Below, piece after piece: positions 29,187 through 38,090 of a DNA stretch of 64,000 nt; the first letter of the stretch is position 1, and the number at the start of each line of letters is the position of its first letter. This stretch comes from an uncultured candidate division Zixibacteria bacterium (GTDB lineage: Bacteria; Zixibacteria; MSB-5A5; RBG-16-43-9): NCBI GenBank assembly GCA_963713865.1, contig OY970208.1, positions 640,001 through 704,000 of the forward strand. Reading direction: 5' to 3'. The notes beneath the pieces are model-generated. The model was not told where the DNA came from. It worked only from the letters and a program-made list of their open reading frames with translations, and made no database searches. Made by a program: the position numbers and the translations under genes.

Positions 29187-29828
29187 ATTTTTTATTCTGT
29201 TAAGCAATTCTTTACAATATGAGGTTTTATATGATATTAAACCCAATTTTCCCCTTAATTTGTTTGCAGAAATATTTCGTTGTTTTGATAATATTTCTTT
29301 TGCCTGAATTTCATAATAACTCTCTTTTAATAATCCAAAATGCCATAAAAGCCTAATAAGGGATAAAACATCATCCTTCGGGTCTATTTTTGGATCTTTG
29401 CCGATATATAGGATTAAGCCGTCAAGTACTTTAGATTCCAATAACTCGCCTTCAATAACAGTTACATCTTTTGGAATTTTATTTTTAATTCGATCAGCAA
29501 TATTAATTCCAAAAATTGTCTGAATAACTTTTTTGTCTTTCCAACGTTCTTTTGCCAATTTTCTTGATTCTTTAATTTGTTTTAAAATTCTATCTAGCGA
29601 TTTATTATGAAATGTACTGTTAATATTGGATTTGCATTCACAAATATTAACCTTTTTCGGATCTTCCGGATCAATTGCGATTAAATCAAAATCAGTAGTA
29701 GCTGTAGATGGACTATATTTTGTTATTTTCTTTCGGTCATATCTAATGGGCAAATTTTCAATTACAAAAGCACCATTCAATCTTTCCATCCATAATCTAC
29801 AAATTCGCTCAAACGGATGATAGGCCAT
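29181..29828 (-). CDS. Cassette gene: PD-(D/E)XK nuclease-like protein
   Basis: 'FE', 'DFDLIA', 'ICECKS' motif order. Confidence 0.7.
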   Translation of the reverse strand: MAYHPFERICRLWMERLNGAFVIENLPIRYDRKKITKYSPSTATTDFDLIAIDPEDPKKVNICECKSNINSTFHNKSLDRILKQIKESRKLAKERWKDKKVIQTIFGINIADRIKNKIPKDVTVIEGELLESKVLDGLILYIGKDPKIDPKDDVLSLIRLLWHFGLLKESYYEIQAKEILSKQRNISANKLRGKLGLISYKTSYCKELLNRIKNG

Positions 29829-29848
29829 TTTTAATATCCTCTTTTCAT

Positions 29849-29915
29849 AGCCAACATAGGTTTATCTGTTCTAATTAAATTGCGACCACTGTCTTTCTTG
29901 ACCTTATAAGCCTCC
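29849..29915 (-). repeat. attI-like site, copy 2
   Basis: Minus strand: gcaatttaattagaacAGATAAAcctatGTTGGCT. Confidence 0.7.
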
Positions 29916-30008
29916 CACAAACTTACTCACAATCTGCAAGAGCCGAGCCGTTTATACGCTGTTATGTGATGAAATCGGTAGTTTTTCTTCATTCATAAAA
30001 CCTATAAG

Positions 30009-30132
30009 CTCTAACGGGATTTTCACCGATCAAACCGCAAAGAGATACTTCCCTGAAAATTGTGATGGACCGAACTCTCAAAATTAGAAAAAGTAGTGCG
30101 CGGTTCGATCAGCGTGCAAAATTGGGTTATGG
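30009..30132 (-). other. attC site (124 bp)
   Basis: Minus strand: CCATAAC ccaattttgcacgctgatcgaaccgc...gcggtttgatcggtgaaaatccc GTTAGAG. Confidence 0.85.
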
Positions 30133-30140
30133 CTATTAAC

Positions 30141-30956
30141 CTACATATCTTTTTTCTCTATATTATTCCCATGATAATGAGTTATTGATAGAACTTGACG
30201 CAATACACTTAATGGTTCATTAGGAATAGGCATTGGTATTAGAATTTTATCAATAGGATACTGAAAAGGTGATAATATTTTACTAACCATAGTGAGAAGA
30301 CCAATGATATCTGGTTCTACAGGGTGAAAGGGTATAGCTAATAATTTCCAATGATACGTATCACGTTTTGCTCGAATGAACGCTGATCCATATGCATTAA
30401 CAAAGGGTAATAATACAGTCATTAATTGTTTCTCAACAATTTTCTTACTTTTTATAGCTCCTTGAAGTGAATCAAATAGATCTATAAAGTTATCTACGGG
30501 AATCGATAATATGCCCAGTCTCTTACCCCGAAATTCATCGATATGAGAACGCCAAGGTATAAGTTGCTCTTGATACTGGGAACCTAGCTGCAAAGCTTCA
30601 ATCATTGGATATATCATTTGTGCAGAATTAAATTTTTGGTTAAGAAATATAAATTCATCAAATGATATTCCAGATAAGGAAAACATAACTGAACAATACG
30701 GTGATTCCGCAAGTCTATAAGCATGTCCAGCTATTTCAAAAGATTCTTGTGATCCTGTTAGGTCAGAGAGCAGTAGAGAGTGAGCAGCAGAACGCCTGAA
30801 ATATGTGGCAGCAATAAATGCTAAAGAAATGCGATTTTGAATGGTTTCTTCTTTCTTGGCATGTGTAAAATAGGTATGTCCAATCTCACTATAAACATTA
30901 CCAAGACGCATAACACGTTCCGAGTCAAGCTCAGCTAGAAATTCATATTTAATCAT
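30141..30956 (-). CDS. Cassette gene: helical hypothetical protein, partner of the ADP-ribosyltransferase
   Basis: 19 bp downstream of the ART gene in the same cassette; SD GAGG; Ala-rich TPR/SNAP-like helices. Confidence 0.75.
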   Translation of the reverse strand: MIKYEFLAELDSERVMRLGNVYSEIGHTYFTHAKKEETIQNRISLAFIAATYFRRSAAHSLLLSDLTGSQESFEIAGHAYRLAESPYCSVMFSLSGISFDEFIFLNQKFNSAQMIYPMIEALQLGSQYQEQLIPWRSHIDEFRGKRLGILSIPVDNFIDLFDSLQGAIKSKKIVEKQLMTVLLPFVNAYGSAFIRAKRDTYHWKLLAIPFHPVEPDIIGLLTMVSKILSPFQYPIDKILIPMPIPNEPLSVLRQVLSITHYHGNNIEKKDM

Positions 30957-30975
30957 TGATGTTTCCTCGTTGAAA

Positions 30976-31620
30976 TCATATAATCACATCACGGATATTA
31001 GATATTTCTTCTGGAGAAATGTACTTACGAGTGTTAAAAACTTCACTCGTTGGTCTAGGTATTTGCCTTGATCTGAACGAAGTAAGAGTAGAATTAATTT
31101 CATAATAACAGTATTTCTCGATTTGTGTTGGTGGTATATTTATCTTAGCTGTGACTTCACCTTCAGGTTGAAAAGGGCTGAAACCTGTGTATATATTTAA
31201 CTCTCTAACTTCTTCAGAAAAAGGTCGGTGTGCTATGCTTTGTTTACCAAGAACGAATAAATAACAATGAAACAAATATCCATCATGCGACCACCCGTCT
31301 GTAGCGAATTCAAGTGCAATGAGCCAAGCAGGATGCCGAATATTAATTCCTGCTGCTGGATTTCTCTCAATAGAACCTGCGGTTGTTGAAATGAATGGAG
31401 TATGTTTGTAGAAAGGTTCTCCACCTTCCTGTGGGTCGGGGTCCGTAAATCTGTTCTGATGCCAAAATAAATTACGATCTGTAAGACGTACATATACTTC
31501 TACTTCGGGCATATTATGTACTTTATTCCACCAGTTACATAGAATACCCACATTCATTATATTATCAGCTTCATTTTTCGAAATGCCTCCAATCCCTCTT
31601 ATTACTTTTTGAATAATCAT
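30976..31620 (-). CDS. Cassette gene: R-S-E clade (cholera/pertussis-toxin-like) ADP-ribosyltransferase
   Basis: 'VIRG', 'PFISTT', 'PEGEVTAKINIPPTQI' parallel CtxA 'LYRA', 'YVSTS', 'EQEVSALGGIPYSQI'. Confidence 0.75.
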   Translation of the reverse strand: MIIQKVIRGIGGISKNEADNIMNVGILCNWWNKVHNMPEVEVYVRLTDRNLFWHQNRFTDPDPQEGGEPFYKHTPFISTTAGSIERNPAAGINIRHPAWLIALEFATDGWSHDGYLFHCYLFVLGKQSIAHRPFSEEVRELNIYTGFSPFQPEGEVTAKINIPPTQIEKYCYYEINSTLTSFRSRQIPRPTSEVFNTRKYISPEEISNIRDVII

Positions 31621-31642
31621 TTTTAATTTTCCCTTAATTATG

Positions 31643-31712
31643 CCATAACGTTACACTCCACCGGCTCGTAGCCCACCGCGGGCTTCGCGTGCGGTGGGAG
31701 CGATAGTTGGAC
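31643..31712 (-). other. attC site (70 bp)
   Basis: Minus strand: GTCCAAC tatcgctcccaccgcacgcgaagccc...gggctacgagccggtggagtgtaac GTTATGG. Confidence 0.88.
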
Positions 31713-31713
31713 A

Positions 31714-32250
31714 TTAAAATAGTTCTTTCAAACTGTCTGCAAAGGCCTTGAGTTTCAACATTGTTTCAGGATTGTCTCTTACCTCTCGTGGGAGAAAGTC
31801 TTCTTTATGATCCCGCAGGTATTCCCACACGAAATCGCGGATATGAAACGGAAGGCTGAGGATATTCCCTGATCCTTGGGTGATAATTCCCTTGTTCAAG
31901 AGGGAATTAGCCGTTTGGTTGATTGCGGTTGCACTGAGTGTCTGGACATTGTGGAACAAGCAGTAGGCGATCCATTTGTATTCCGACAGATCAAGAGTTC
32001 GCAGGCGTTTGATTATGACAGCCTTTTGCCTTGCTTTTCCTCGGATTTCAGAAAACCAATTGGAGACACATATGGTGGCTGAGAAGATTAGTCCGAGCCA
32101 ACAAAATCCGAGATAATCGAGCTTGATCTTTTCCAGTCCGAGTGACTTCGATGTGTCGGTCGGCAAAAGGATTACGAAAAGACAGACGAAGAATACTCCC
32201 CAAGCGTACTTCGCTACTGCCTCAAGTATTGTTGATATAGCTTCAATCAT
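31714..32250 (-). CDS. Cassette gene: superinfection exclusion protein B (SieB)-like membrane protein
   Basis: Two TM helices then 'L.TL...E..I..C', 'SL..KGII', 'I.DFVWEYL'. Confidence 0.6.
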   Translation of the reverse strand: MIEAISTILEAVAKYAWGVFFVCLFVILLPTDTSKSLGLEKIKLDYLGFCWLGLIFSATICVSNWFSEIRGKARQKAVIIKRLRTLDLSEYKWIAYCLFHNVQTLSATAINQTANSLLNKGIITQGSGNILSLPFHIRDFVWEYLRDHKEDFLPREVRDNPETMLKLKAFADSLKELF

Positions 32251-32257
32251 ATCTTAC

Positions 32258-32327
32258 GTCCAACATAGTTTTATCTACACTAATTAAATTGCTTTCACTA
32301 TCTTTCTTGACCATATAAACCCCCTCC
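32258..32327 (-). repeat. attI-like site, copy 3
   Basis: Minus strand: gcaatttaattagtgtAGATAAAactatGTTGGAC. Confidence 0.7.
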
Positions 32328-32407
32328 AAACCTCCCCACATTCTTAATGACAGACTGTACTTCTCGCCATAGGTCACGCTTGTGAACAAGAAGAAATTCG
32401 AGGCCAT

Positions 32408-32572
32408 TTAGATGGGAATGTATTTTTCAAAAATATCAATCTCGTCATAATCAGGATTAAAGTCCCTCATTAAAGTTTTTTTCCTATTATCTGCTAAATG
32501 TCGAGTAAAAAATATTTCAGGCTCCTGAATAAAACCTCTTTTGACAAAGGTTAAAATCCATATTTTTTTCAT
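32408..32572 (-). CDS. Small hypothetical protein, 54 aa (MKKIWILTFVKRGFIQEPEIFF...DEIDIFEKYIPI)
   Basis: Hand-translated; starts 2 nt after the upstream stop; SD AGGAG. Confidence 0.6.
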   Translation of the reverse strand: MKKIWILTFVKRGFIQEPEIFFTRHLADNRKKTLMRDFNPDYDEIDIFEKYIPI

Positions 32573-32574
32573 TC

Positions 32575-33480
32575 TTACACTCCTTTCATTCTCTTAAACC
32601 AGCTATACACATCTCTATATTCCATAAAGTTGCAAATATCGGTCAATCCACTCGTCCTAAAGGTGGGACGACCGATCTGCCTTAGGAACATAGACCGCCT
32701 TGTATCATTTGAGACAATGTTGAATTTTAGTTTCAAATTAGGTTCAATAAGATGCATATCATTAAATCTGAGTAACCCAGAATATATCGGCGTTGAATAT
32801 TCAACTTCGAAAATTGCGGTTAGCTCACTAGAACCTCTCTGAATCCATATAACATCAACTTCCCTGATAATATTGTCAACCTTTTCATATCGCACTGGCA
32901 AATCACTTCTACAAGCGTATTCTTCTGCCAAGCTCCAATCCAATTTATTTCTATCATTTAATGGTATCCAGATGTCATGACCTTTTATTGTCCCTATTGA
33001 GCCGATCAAAGTTTGAATTTGAGAATGACCGAGGTCCGGCATAACCACAATCTTATTTTTATCGATCAGATTATCTAAAATATGCCATCCATAAAAACCC
33101 TCTATATTGAACCGACCAGCATTGGCAATATAAAGCTCGGTTTCCTCACCAGGATAAATCTGAACCTTGTATTGACCATCAGAAGCTGGCGTCAGAGAGT
33201 TGAATATTTCTTCAAAATCTGTAAAAGGTACAAAAACAGGCTCTGTTTGAGTATCCCATAAAAAGCAAATAACAGAATTAACTCCTTCCAATTGTTTTAT
33301 ATCATCTCGCCGTAATCCAAAAAATGTCTTGTCTCTATCGTGAACTTTTGAATATCTTATATATATTCGTGCTAAGCCATCGCCTATCTCAAATAAAGAG
33401 AGACTGTTCGGTAATCGTTTTGGTTTACCATATTTACTTCTTAATTGTTCTAGAAAAGCTTTCTTAAATGGATTTGCCAT
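32575..33480 (-). CDS. Restriction-endonuclease-like PD-(D/E)XK protein
   Basis: 'HSQIQ..I..IG..KG.DIWIP.ND', 'VDVIW', 'FEVEYSTPIYSGLLRFND'. Confidence 0.72.
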   Translation of the reverse strand: MANPFKKAFLEQLRSKYGKPKRLPNSLSLFEIGDGLARIYIRYSKVHDRDKTFFGLRRDDIKQLEGVNSVICFLWDTQTEPVFVPFTDFEEIFNSLTPASDGQYKVQIYPGEETELYIANAGRFNIEGFYGWHILDNLIDKNKIVVMPDLGHSQIQTLIGSIGTIKGHDIWIPLNDRNKLDWSLAEEYACRSDLPVRYEKVDNIIREVDVIWIQRGSSELTAIFEVEYSTPIYSGLLRFNDMHLIEPNLKLKFNIVSNDTRRSMFLRQIGRPTFRTSGLTDICNFMEYRDVYSWFKRMKGV

Positions 33481-33487
33481 AGGATTG

Positions 33488-33606
33488 TTATAACGTAATT
33501 TCAGTTTATCATCGCACCTGCCCCACGGTGATTGTGACGATTAGTTGCAATGACTCATCCGGTATGGTCTTCAGTAGTTCTATACAATCACCGGGATAAA
33601 CAACAA
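33488..33606 (-). other. Degenerate attC-like palindrome ending in GTTATAA
   Basis: gtttatc...cggtgattgt / acaatcaccg.gataaac arms; core 7 nt upstream of the ATG. Confidence 0.45.
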
Positions 33607-33661
33607 TTTGCTCTGACAGTGCAAATTTCTGAACTATTTTTCTCTTGTCGAACATAATACT

Positions 33662-33690
33662 ATGATAATAAAATGTAGGTTTAGAGTCAA
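33662..33690 (-). promoter_or_regulatory. Putative sigma70 promoter driving the cassette array
   Basis: TTGACT-17 nt-TATCAT right after the mnmE stop. Confidence 0.65.
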
Positions 33691-33700
33691 CGGATTCATT

Positions 33701-35137
33701 TTATTTCCCTATACAAAACTCCGAAAAAATCTTATTCAGTATATCTTCAGTTACAACCTTCCCTACAATCTCACCGATTGAATCTAAAGCAACTCTCAAA
33801 TCTAAAGCCACAAATTCAAAGCTCATATTTTTCAAAAGGCTATCCTTAGCCAGAGATAGAGATTGAACTGCTTTTGCTAATGCTTCTTTATGTCTTAAAT
33901 TACTAATTAATCCGCCTAAGGCGGACTGGTCAAGTCCTTTTTTGGAAAAGAAGACCTCAGAGGCAATTTTATCTTTTAATTCCTCTATACCCCAGCCTTT
34001 CAAAGCTGAGATATTATGAATTTTTTTAGATATTTCTTTTTGCTCTAATCCTTCAGAGAGCTTCTTTTCTATTTCTTTGACTTTTTCATCTGAGACTAAA
34101 TCCACCTTATTAATCGCAATTATATAACTAAAATCAGCTAATTCTTTTTCTAAGTCTTTATCCTCTTTTGTTATACCGGTCTCCGCATCAACAACAAAAA
34201 CTATGAAGTCAGCTTTACTTATCTCAATCTTTGTCTTTTTAATCCCTTCGATCTCGATCTTATCTTTAGAGACCCTGAACCCCGCTGTATCGGTCAACCT
34301 CACCGGCAAACCTTTGAAATTAGTATATTCGCTGATCACATCCCTGGTAGTCCCTGGAATTGGGGTAACAATAGCCCGCTCCTCTTTTAAGAATGCGTTT
34401 AAAAGGGAAGATTTGCCAACATTGGTCTTTCCCACAATCACAACCCTTAATCCTTCTCTCAAAATCTTCCCCTCTTCGTAGGTCTCGATCAAACTTTTTA
34501 TCTGGGATTCAATCTTCTCTATCTTTTCTAAAACAAAAGACCTGTCCAGATCCTCAATCTCTTCCTCTGGAAAATCTATCCTTGCTTCCAATTCAGCTAA
34601 AATAGAAATCAACTCTTCCTGGATGAGATTTAGTTTTTCAGATAATTCACCCTGAAGATGTTTCAGGCTGTGTTTCAGGCTCAAATCTGTCTTCGCCTTT
34701 ATGATCTCAGCCACTGCTTCAGCCTGGGCTAAATCGATCCGTCCGTTTAAAAAAGCCCTGAGTGTAAATTCCCCAGGATTGGCAAGTCTTGCCCCACACT
34801 TTATTATCTCCTCAAGCACCCTGCAAAGAACAAGAGGGCTTCCATGACAGCTTATCTCGACCAGGTCTTCTTTGGTATAGCTTTTAGGTGCCCTGAAGAC
34901 TGTAAGATAAACTTCGTCTATCACCTGCCTGGAATCCGGAGAAATTAGCTTTCCATAATTTGCTTTATGGCTTTCTGCTTTGCTAAGTGATATTTCCCCT
35001 TTGAAGATTTTATCAGCAATAAAAATAGCTTTTTTGCCGCTAATTCTTACTATACCGATTCCGCTTTCTCCAAAGGGAGTAGAAATAGCTGTTATGGTAT
35101 CTTCTGTGTCAGAGAGATACCCCAAAGATTTCTCCAT
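33701..35137 (-). CDS. mnmE: tRNA modification GTPase MnmE
   Basis: 'DTITAISTP.G', 'GKTNVGKSS', 'GTTRD', 'DTAG', 'FCIGK'. Confidence 0.98.
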   Translation of the reverse strand: MEKSLGYLSDTEDTITAISTPFGESGIGIVRISGKKAIFIADKIFKGEISLSKAESHKANYGKLISPDSRQVIDEVYLTVFRAPKSYTKEDLVEISCHGSPLVLCRVLEEIIKCGARLANPGEFTLRAFLNGRIDLAQAEAVAEIIKAKTDLSLKHSLKHLQGELSEKLNLIQEELISILAELEARIDFPEEEIEDLDRSFVLEKIEKIESQIKSLIETYEEGKILREGLRVVIVGKTNVGKSSLLNAFLKEERAIVTPIPGTTRDVISEYTNFKGLPVRLTDTAGFRVSKDKIEIEGIKKTKIEISKADFIVFVVDAETGITKEDKDLEKELADFSYIIAINKVDLVSDEKVKEIEKKLSEGLEQKEISKKIHNISALKGWGIEELKDKIASEVFFSKKGLDQSALGGLISNLRHKEALAKAVQSLSLAKDSLLKNMSFEFVALDLRVALDSIGEIVGKVVTEDILNKIFSEFCIGK

Positions 35138-35153
35138 ATTCTTGAACTCTTAT

Positions 35154-36809
35154 CTAAACAGTAGCCACTTTGGGCTTGGTCTTGGACTTAATATAATATT
35201 GTTCGATCAAAGAGAGGATATTGAAGAAGGTCCAGTAAAGTGTTAGCCCGGCGGGAAAACTCTTAAACAGGAAGAAAAATAAAATAGGCATCATATAAAC
35301 CATAGCCATCTGCTTTGGGTCTTTTATAGTCATCTTTTGCTGCCAGAACATAGTAACTGCCATTATTACAGGTAAAATGTAATATTTATCCATTTGAGAT
35401 AAATCATTTAACCAAAAAATGAATTTAGCACCTCTTAATTCTATTGTGCTTCTGAAAACGACAAATAGACCATAAAACAAAGGCATCTGAAGTAAAAGCG
35501 GAAGACACCCTCCAAAAGGATTAACCTTTTCATCTTTATACAGCTTCATAATCTCTTGATTCATTCTCTGTGGGTCTTTTTTATATTTCTCTTTTAAAGC
35601 TGCCATTTTAGGCTGTAAATCTTGCATTTTGGCAGCAGAGGTAACGCTTTTATGAGTTAAAGGATGAAAAAGAATCTTTATTAAAATCGTAAAAACGATA
35701 ATCACCAGCCCATAATTGGGAATAACCTTATGCAGATTAACGAATATCCATAAGACTGCTAAAGAAAATGGTTTAATAATCTTCCAGCCTAAGTCAACTA
35801 TATTCTCCAAACCGATTTTATAATTTTTTAAGATGTGGTGATCGATGGGTCCAACATAAACCATAAAACTATCCTGAAAAGAATCACCCGATGCGGGAAT
35901 CTTTATAGATACCCCGATCTTTTTCTCTTCTATTTTTTTATTCTGCAAATACTTTACTGTCCGGATCCCTTCTGCTTTAAATCCTGCTCCTGGCTTGGAA
36001 ATCGGGACCAGAGAGGCGATGAAATATTTACTTCGAGTGGCCACCCATTTGGTTTCACCTGACCTATCCTCTTCTATCCTCCCGATATCTGAACCCTTGG
36101 GCTGCTGGAAGCTTTTGATTTTGATAACTTCTGTACCCATCAAGGAGTAGGCGCCAAAATAGGAGAAATCTTCAAATTTGTTAATCTCCGTAGGTTTGAG
36201 TCCACCATCCCAGGAAAGCACATAGTATCTTCCCAGTTTCTTGTCCTTTGAGGAGATTTCAAACTGGAGTTGAAAATCGTACCTGTTTTCAAAAAAAAGA
36301 AATCTTTTTATAATATTTAATCCCTTTTCATCTGAAAAAGTAAAAGTTAAAGTATCAACCGGATGAGCCTTAGAGAGAAAAAGAGTGTCTTTATCCACGC
36401 TGAAATCGAGCTGGCTTAAATTCAGGGTTAAATCAGGAAAAGTTATATTTAAAGGGTAAATTGTATCTGAAGGGATAATCTCAATAGGTCCATCCTGGGA
36501 ATACCTGTATTTTTTAAAAGTAAAACTTTTTAGAATAGCTCCTTTTGTGCTGAAAACCCCTCGGTAAAGAGAATTTTCTACAAAAACTTCTTTCTCCGGC
36601 AGCGAGGCCGAAGCAGAAGAAATTACAGCCAGGCTTTCCTGGGGAGGCTTTTCCTCTTTTCCCTGCAGAGTTAGACTATCCGAAATCACTACCTCCTGTT
36701 TAGGTGGAGGAGTAATACCTTTGCCGCCGGTGATCAAATGAACATAATAAGGGTATAATACTACGATAATACCCACGATGAGCAATCCGATTACAGTCCT
36801 TTTATCCAA
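35154..36809 (-). CDS. yidC: Membrane protein insertase YidC
   Basis: 'NYG..I', 'NPFGGCLP.L.QMP', 'PAGL.LYW'. Confidence 0.96.
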   Translation of the reverse strand: MDKRTVIGLLIVGIIVVLYPYYVHLITGGKGITPPPKQEVVISDSLTLQGKEEKPPQESLAVISSASASLPEKEVFVENSLYRGVFSTKGAILKSFTFKKYRYSQDGPIEIIPSDTIYPLNITFPDLTLNLSQLDFSVDKDTLFLSKAHPVDTLTFTFSDEKGLNIIKRFLFFENRYDFQLQFEISSKDKKLGRYYVLSWDGGLKPTEINKFEDFSYFGAYSLMGTEVIKIKSFQQPKGSDIGRIEEDRSGETKWVATRSKYFIASLVPISKPGAGFKAEGIRTVKYLQNKKIEEKKIGVSIKIPASGDSFQDSFMVYVGPIDHHILKNYKIGLENIVDLGWKIIKPFSLAVLWIFVNLHKVIPNYGLVIIVFTILIKILFHPLTHKSVTSAAKMQDLQPKMAALKEKYKKDPQRMNQEIMKLYKDEKVNPFGGCLPLLLQMPLFYGLFVVFRSTIELRGAKFIFWLNDLSQMDKYYILPVIMAVTMFWQQKMTIKDPKQMAMVYMMPILFFFLFKSFPAGLTLYWTFFNILSLIEQYYIKSKTKPKVATV

Positions 36810-37059
36810 TTCTTTTCTCCTCAGGCAAATCTACCTTTTTTAGATTATATTTCAAGACCGGGTCATATCCTCCAGTAGAAAAAGGATTACATCTTAAAAT
36901 CCTTTTAAGGGAGAGCCAGCCTCCCTTTAATACCCCGAAGGATTGTAATGCCTGGATAGAATATTCAGAGCAGGAAGGGTAGTATCTACAACTCGGAGGG
37001 AATATGATTCCCAGGGTGTTCTGATAGATTCTAATTAAAAAAATGAAAAATTTATTCAT
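36802..37059 (-). CDS. yidD: Membrane protein insertion efficiency factor YidD
   Basis: 'CRYYPSCSEY', 'RCNPF..GG.DPV'. Confidence 0.96.
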   Translation of the reverse strand: MNKFFIFLIRIYQNTLGIIFPPSCRYYPSCSEYSIQALQSFGVLKGGWLSLKRILRCNPFSTGGYDPVLKYNLKKVDLPEEKRIG

Positions 37060-37405
37060 CCGATTTTTGTTTGAGTTTAACCAGGTCCAGAAATTCAGTT
37101 AAAATATCATTATACCTTAAATTTTTTCCCTTAGACCGGTAGATCAGGATTACTCTCTCGCCCGGAAAAAATTTCTCCTTGTTTTTTCTGATTACCTCTC
37201 TCAAGATCCTTTTTACTCTGTTCCTCTTGACTGCCCCCTTTAATCCGGAACTAACTCCGATCCCGAATTTTATATTTTCTTCTTTACTTTCCAAGCGCAA
37301 AAGAATTAGATCCTGACCAAAGGTCCTAACCCCTTTTCTCATTACCTCTTCCCATTCTTTTTTCTTTTTAATTCGAAGAGATTTAGGAAACCCCTCCTTT
37401 TTCAT
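37052..37405 (-). CDS. rnpA: Ribonuclease P protein component
   Basis: 'AVKRNRVKR.LRE'. Confidence 0.93.
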   Translation of the reverse strand: MKKEGFPKSLRIKKKKEWEEVMRKGVRTFGQDLILLRLESKEENIKFGIGVSSGLKGAVKRNRVKRILREVIRKNKEKFFPGERVILIYRSKGKNLRYNDILTEFLDLVKLKQKSDE

Positions 37406-37554
37406 TATTTGCCTTTAACCTTTACGGTCAGCCTTTTTCTTTTTTTCGTCCTTCTCCGCTTTAAAACCTTTATGCCACCTTTGGTCTTAATCCTTTTCCT
37501 GAAGCCATGACCCCTTAGCTTTTTTATCCTTGAAGGCTGATAAGTTCTTTTCAT
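37405..37554 (-). CDS. rpmH: 50S ribosomal protein L34
   Basis: Hand-translated [35 protein letters not shown]...; synteny. Confidence 0.95.
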   Translation of the reverse strand: MKRTYQPSRIKKLRGHGFRKRIKTKGGIKVLKRRRTKKRKRLTVKVKGK

Positions 37555-38009
37555 TTCTCACGTCTCCTCTGAATTCATTCTGCTTTTCAAGTATTATATA
37601 ATCCGCTTTGGACGGAGTCAAGCGAAAAGAAAGGCAGATTTACATCTTTTTTTCTTATCATCTTTATCTGAATAAAGATAACCGTCTGTTTGATTTTAAA
37701 ACATAAAAATATCACAACCGATTTTCAAAAATTGCTGAAAATATTTTAAATAAAATCTTTTTAATCTATACTTCATTAACGGATTAAATTTTTTCAAAAG
37801 TTTTTTTCTAAAATCTCTTGACAAGTAATAAAAGAGTCCTATTATCAAGACAGAAACTGATGGAGGGAATTTAAGAGTATAGATTTTAATTTGAAAGAGG
37901 AGATTTTATCCAAAAGATATATTCATAGAATTTGAAATTTATTGTTTATAATTAAGGGCTATTCTATAGATATAACCTTATAACCCTAAGCCCAGCAAAG
38001 GATATTTTT

Positions 38010-38029
38010 TTATACACATCTGTGGATAA
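38010..38029. promoter_or_regulatory. DnaA boxes upstream of dnaA
   Basis: TTATACACA 38010-38018, TGTGGATAA 38021-38029. Confidence 0.8.
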
Positions 38030-38090
38030 CCTTCCACATCTAAGGGAATAGGACTGTTTATTTATCAAGACTCAAAATCGAGAAATAGTT

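Larger units (their letters stand above)
26018..33690 (-). mobile_element. Integron gene-cassette array without integrase in the window (CALIN-like)
   Basis: Co-oriented short genes separated by RYYYAAC...GTTRRRY palindromes; cassette start and end cores are complementary (GTTGGAC/GTCCAAC, GTTATGG/CCATAAC). Confidence 0.9.

Noticed and set aside
28311-32327. CRISPR array
   Set aside because: Repeats are 70-84 bp, separated by whole genes; no cas genes.
26018-33690. Complete integron or prophage
   Set aside because: No IntI/tyrosine recombinase or phage structural genes in the window.
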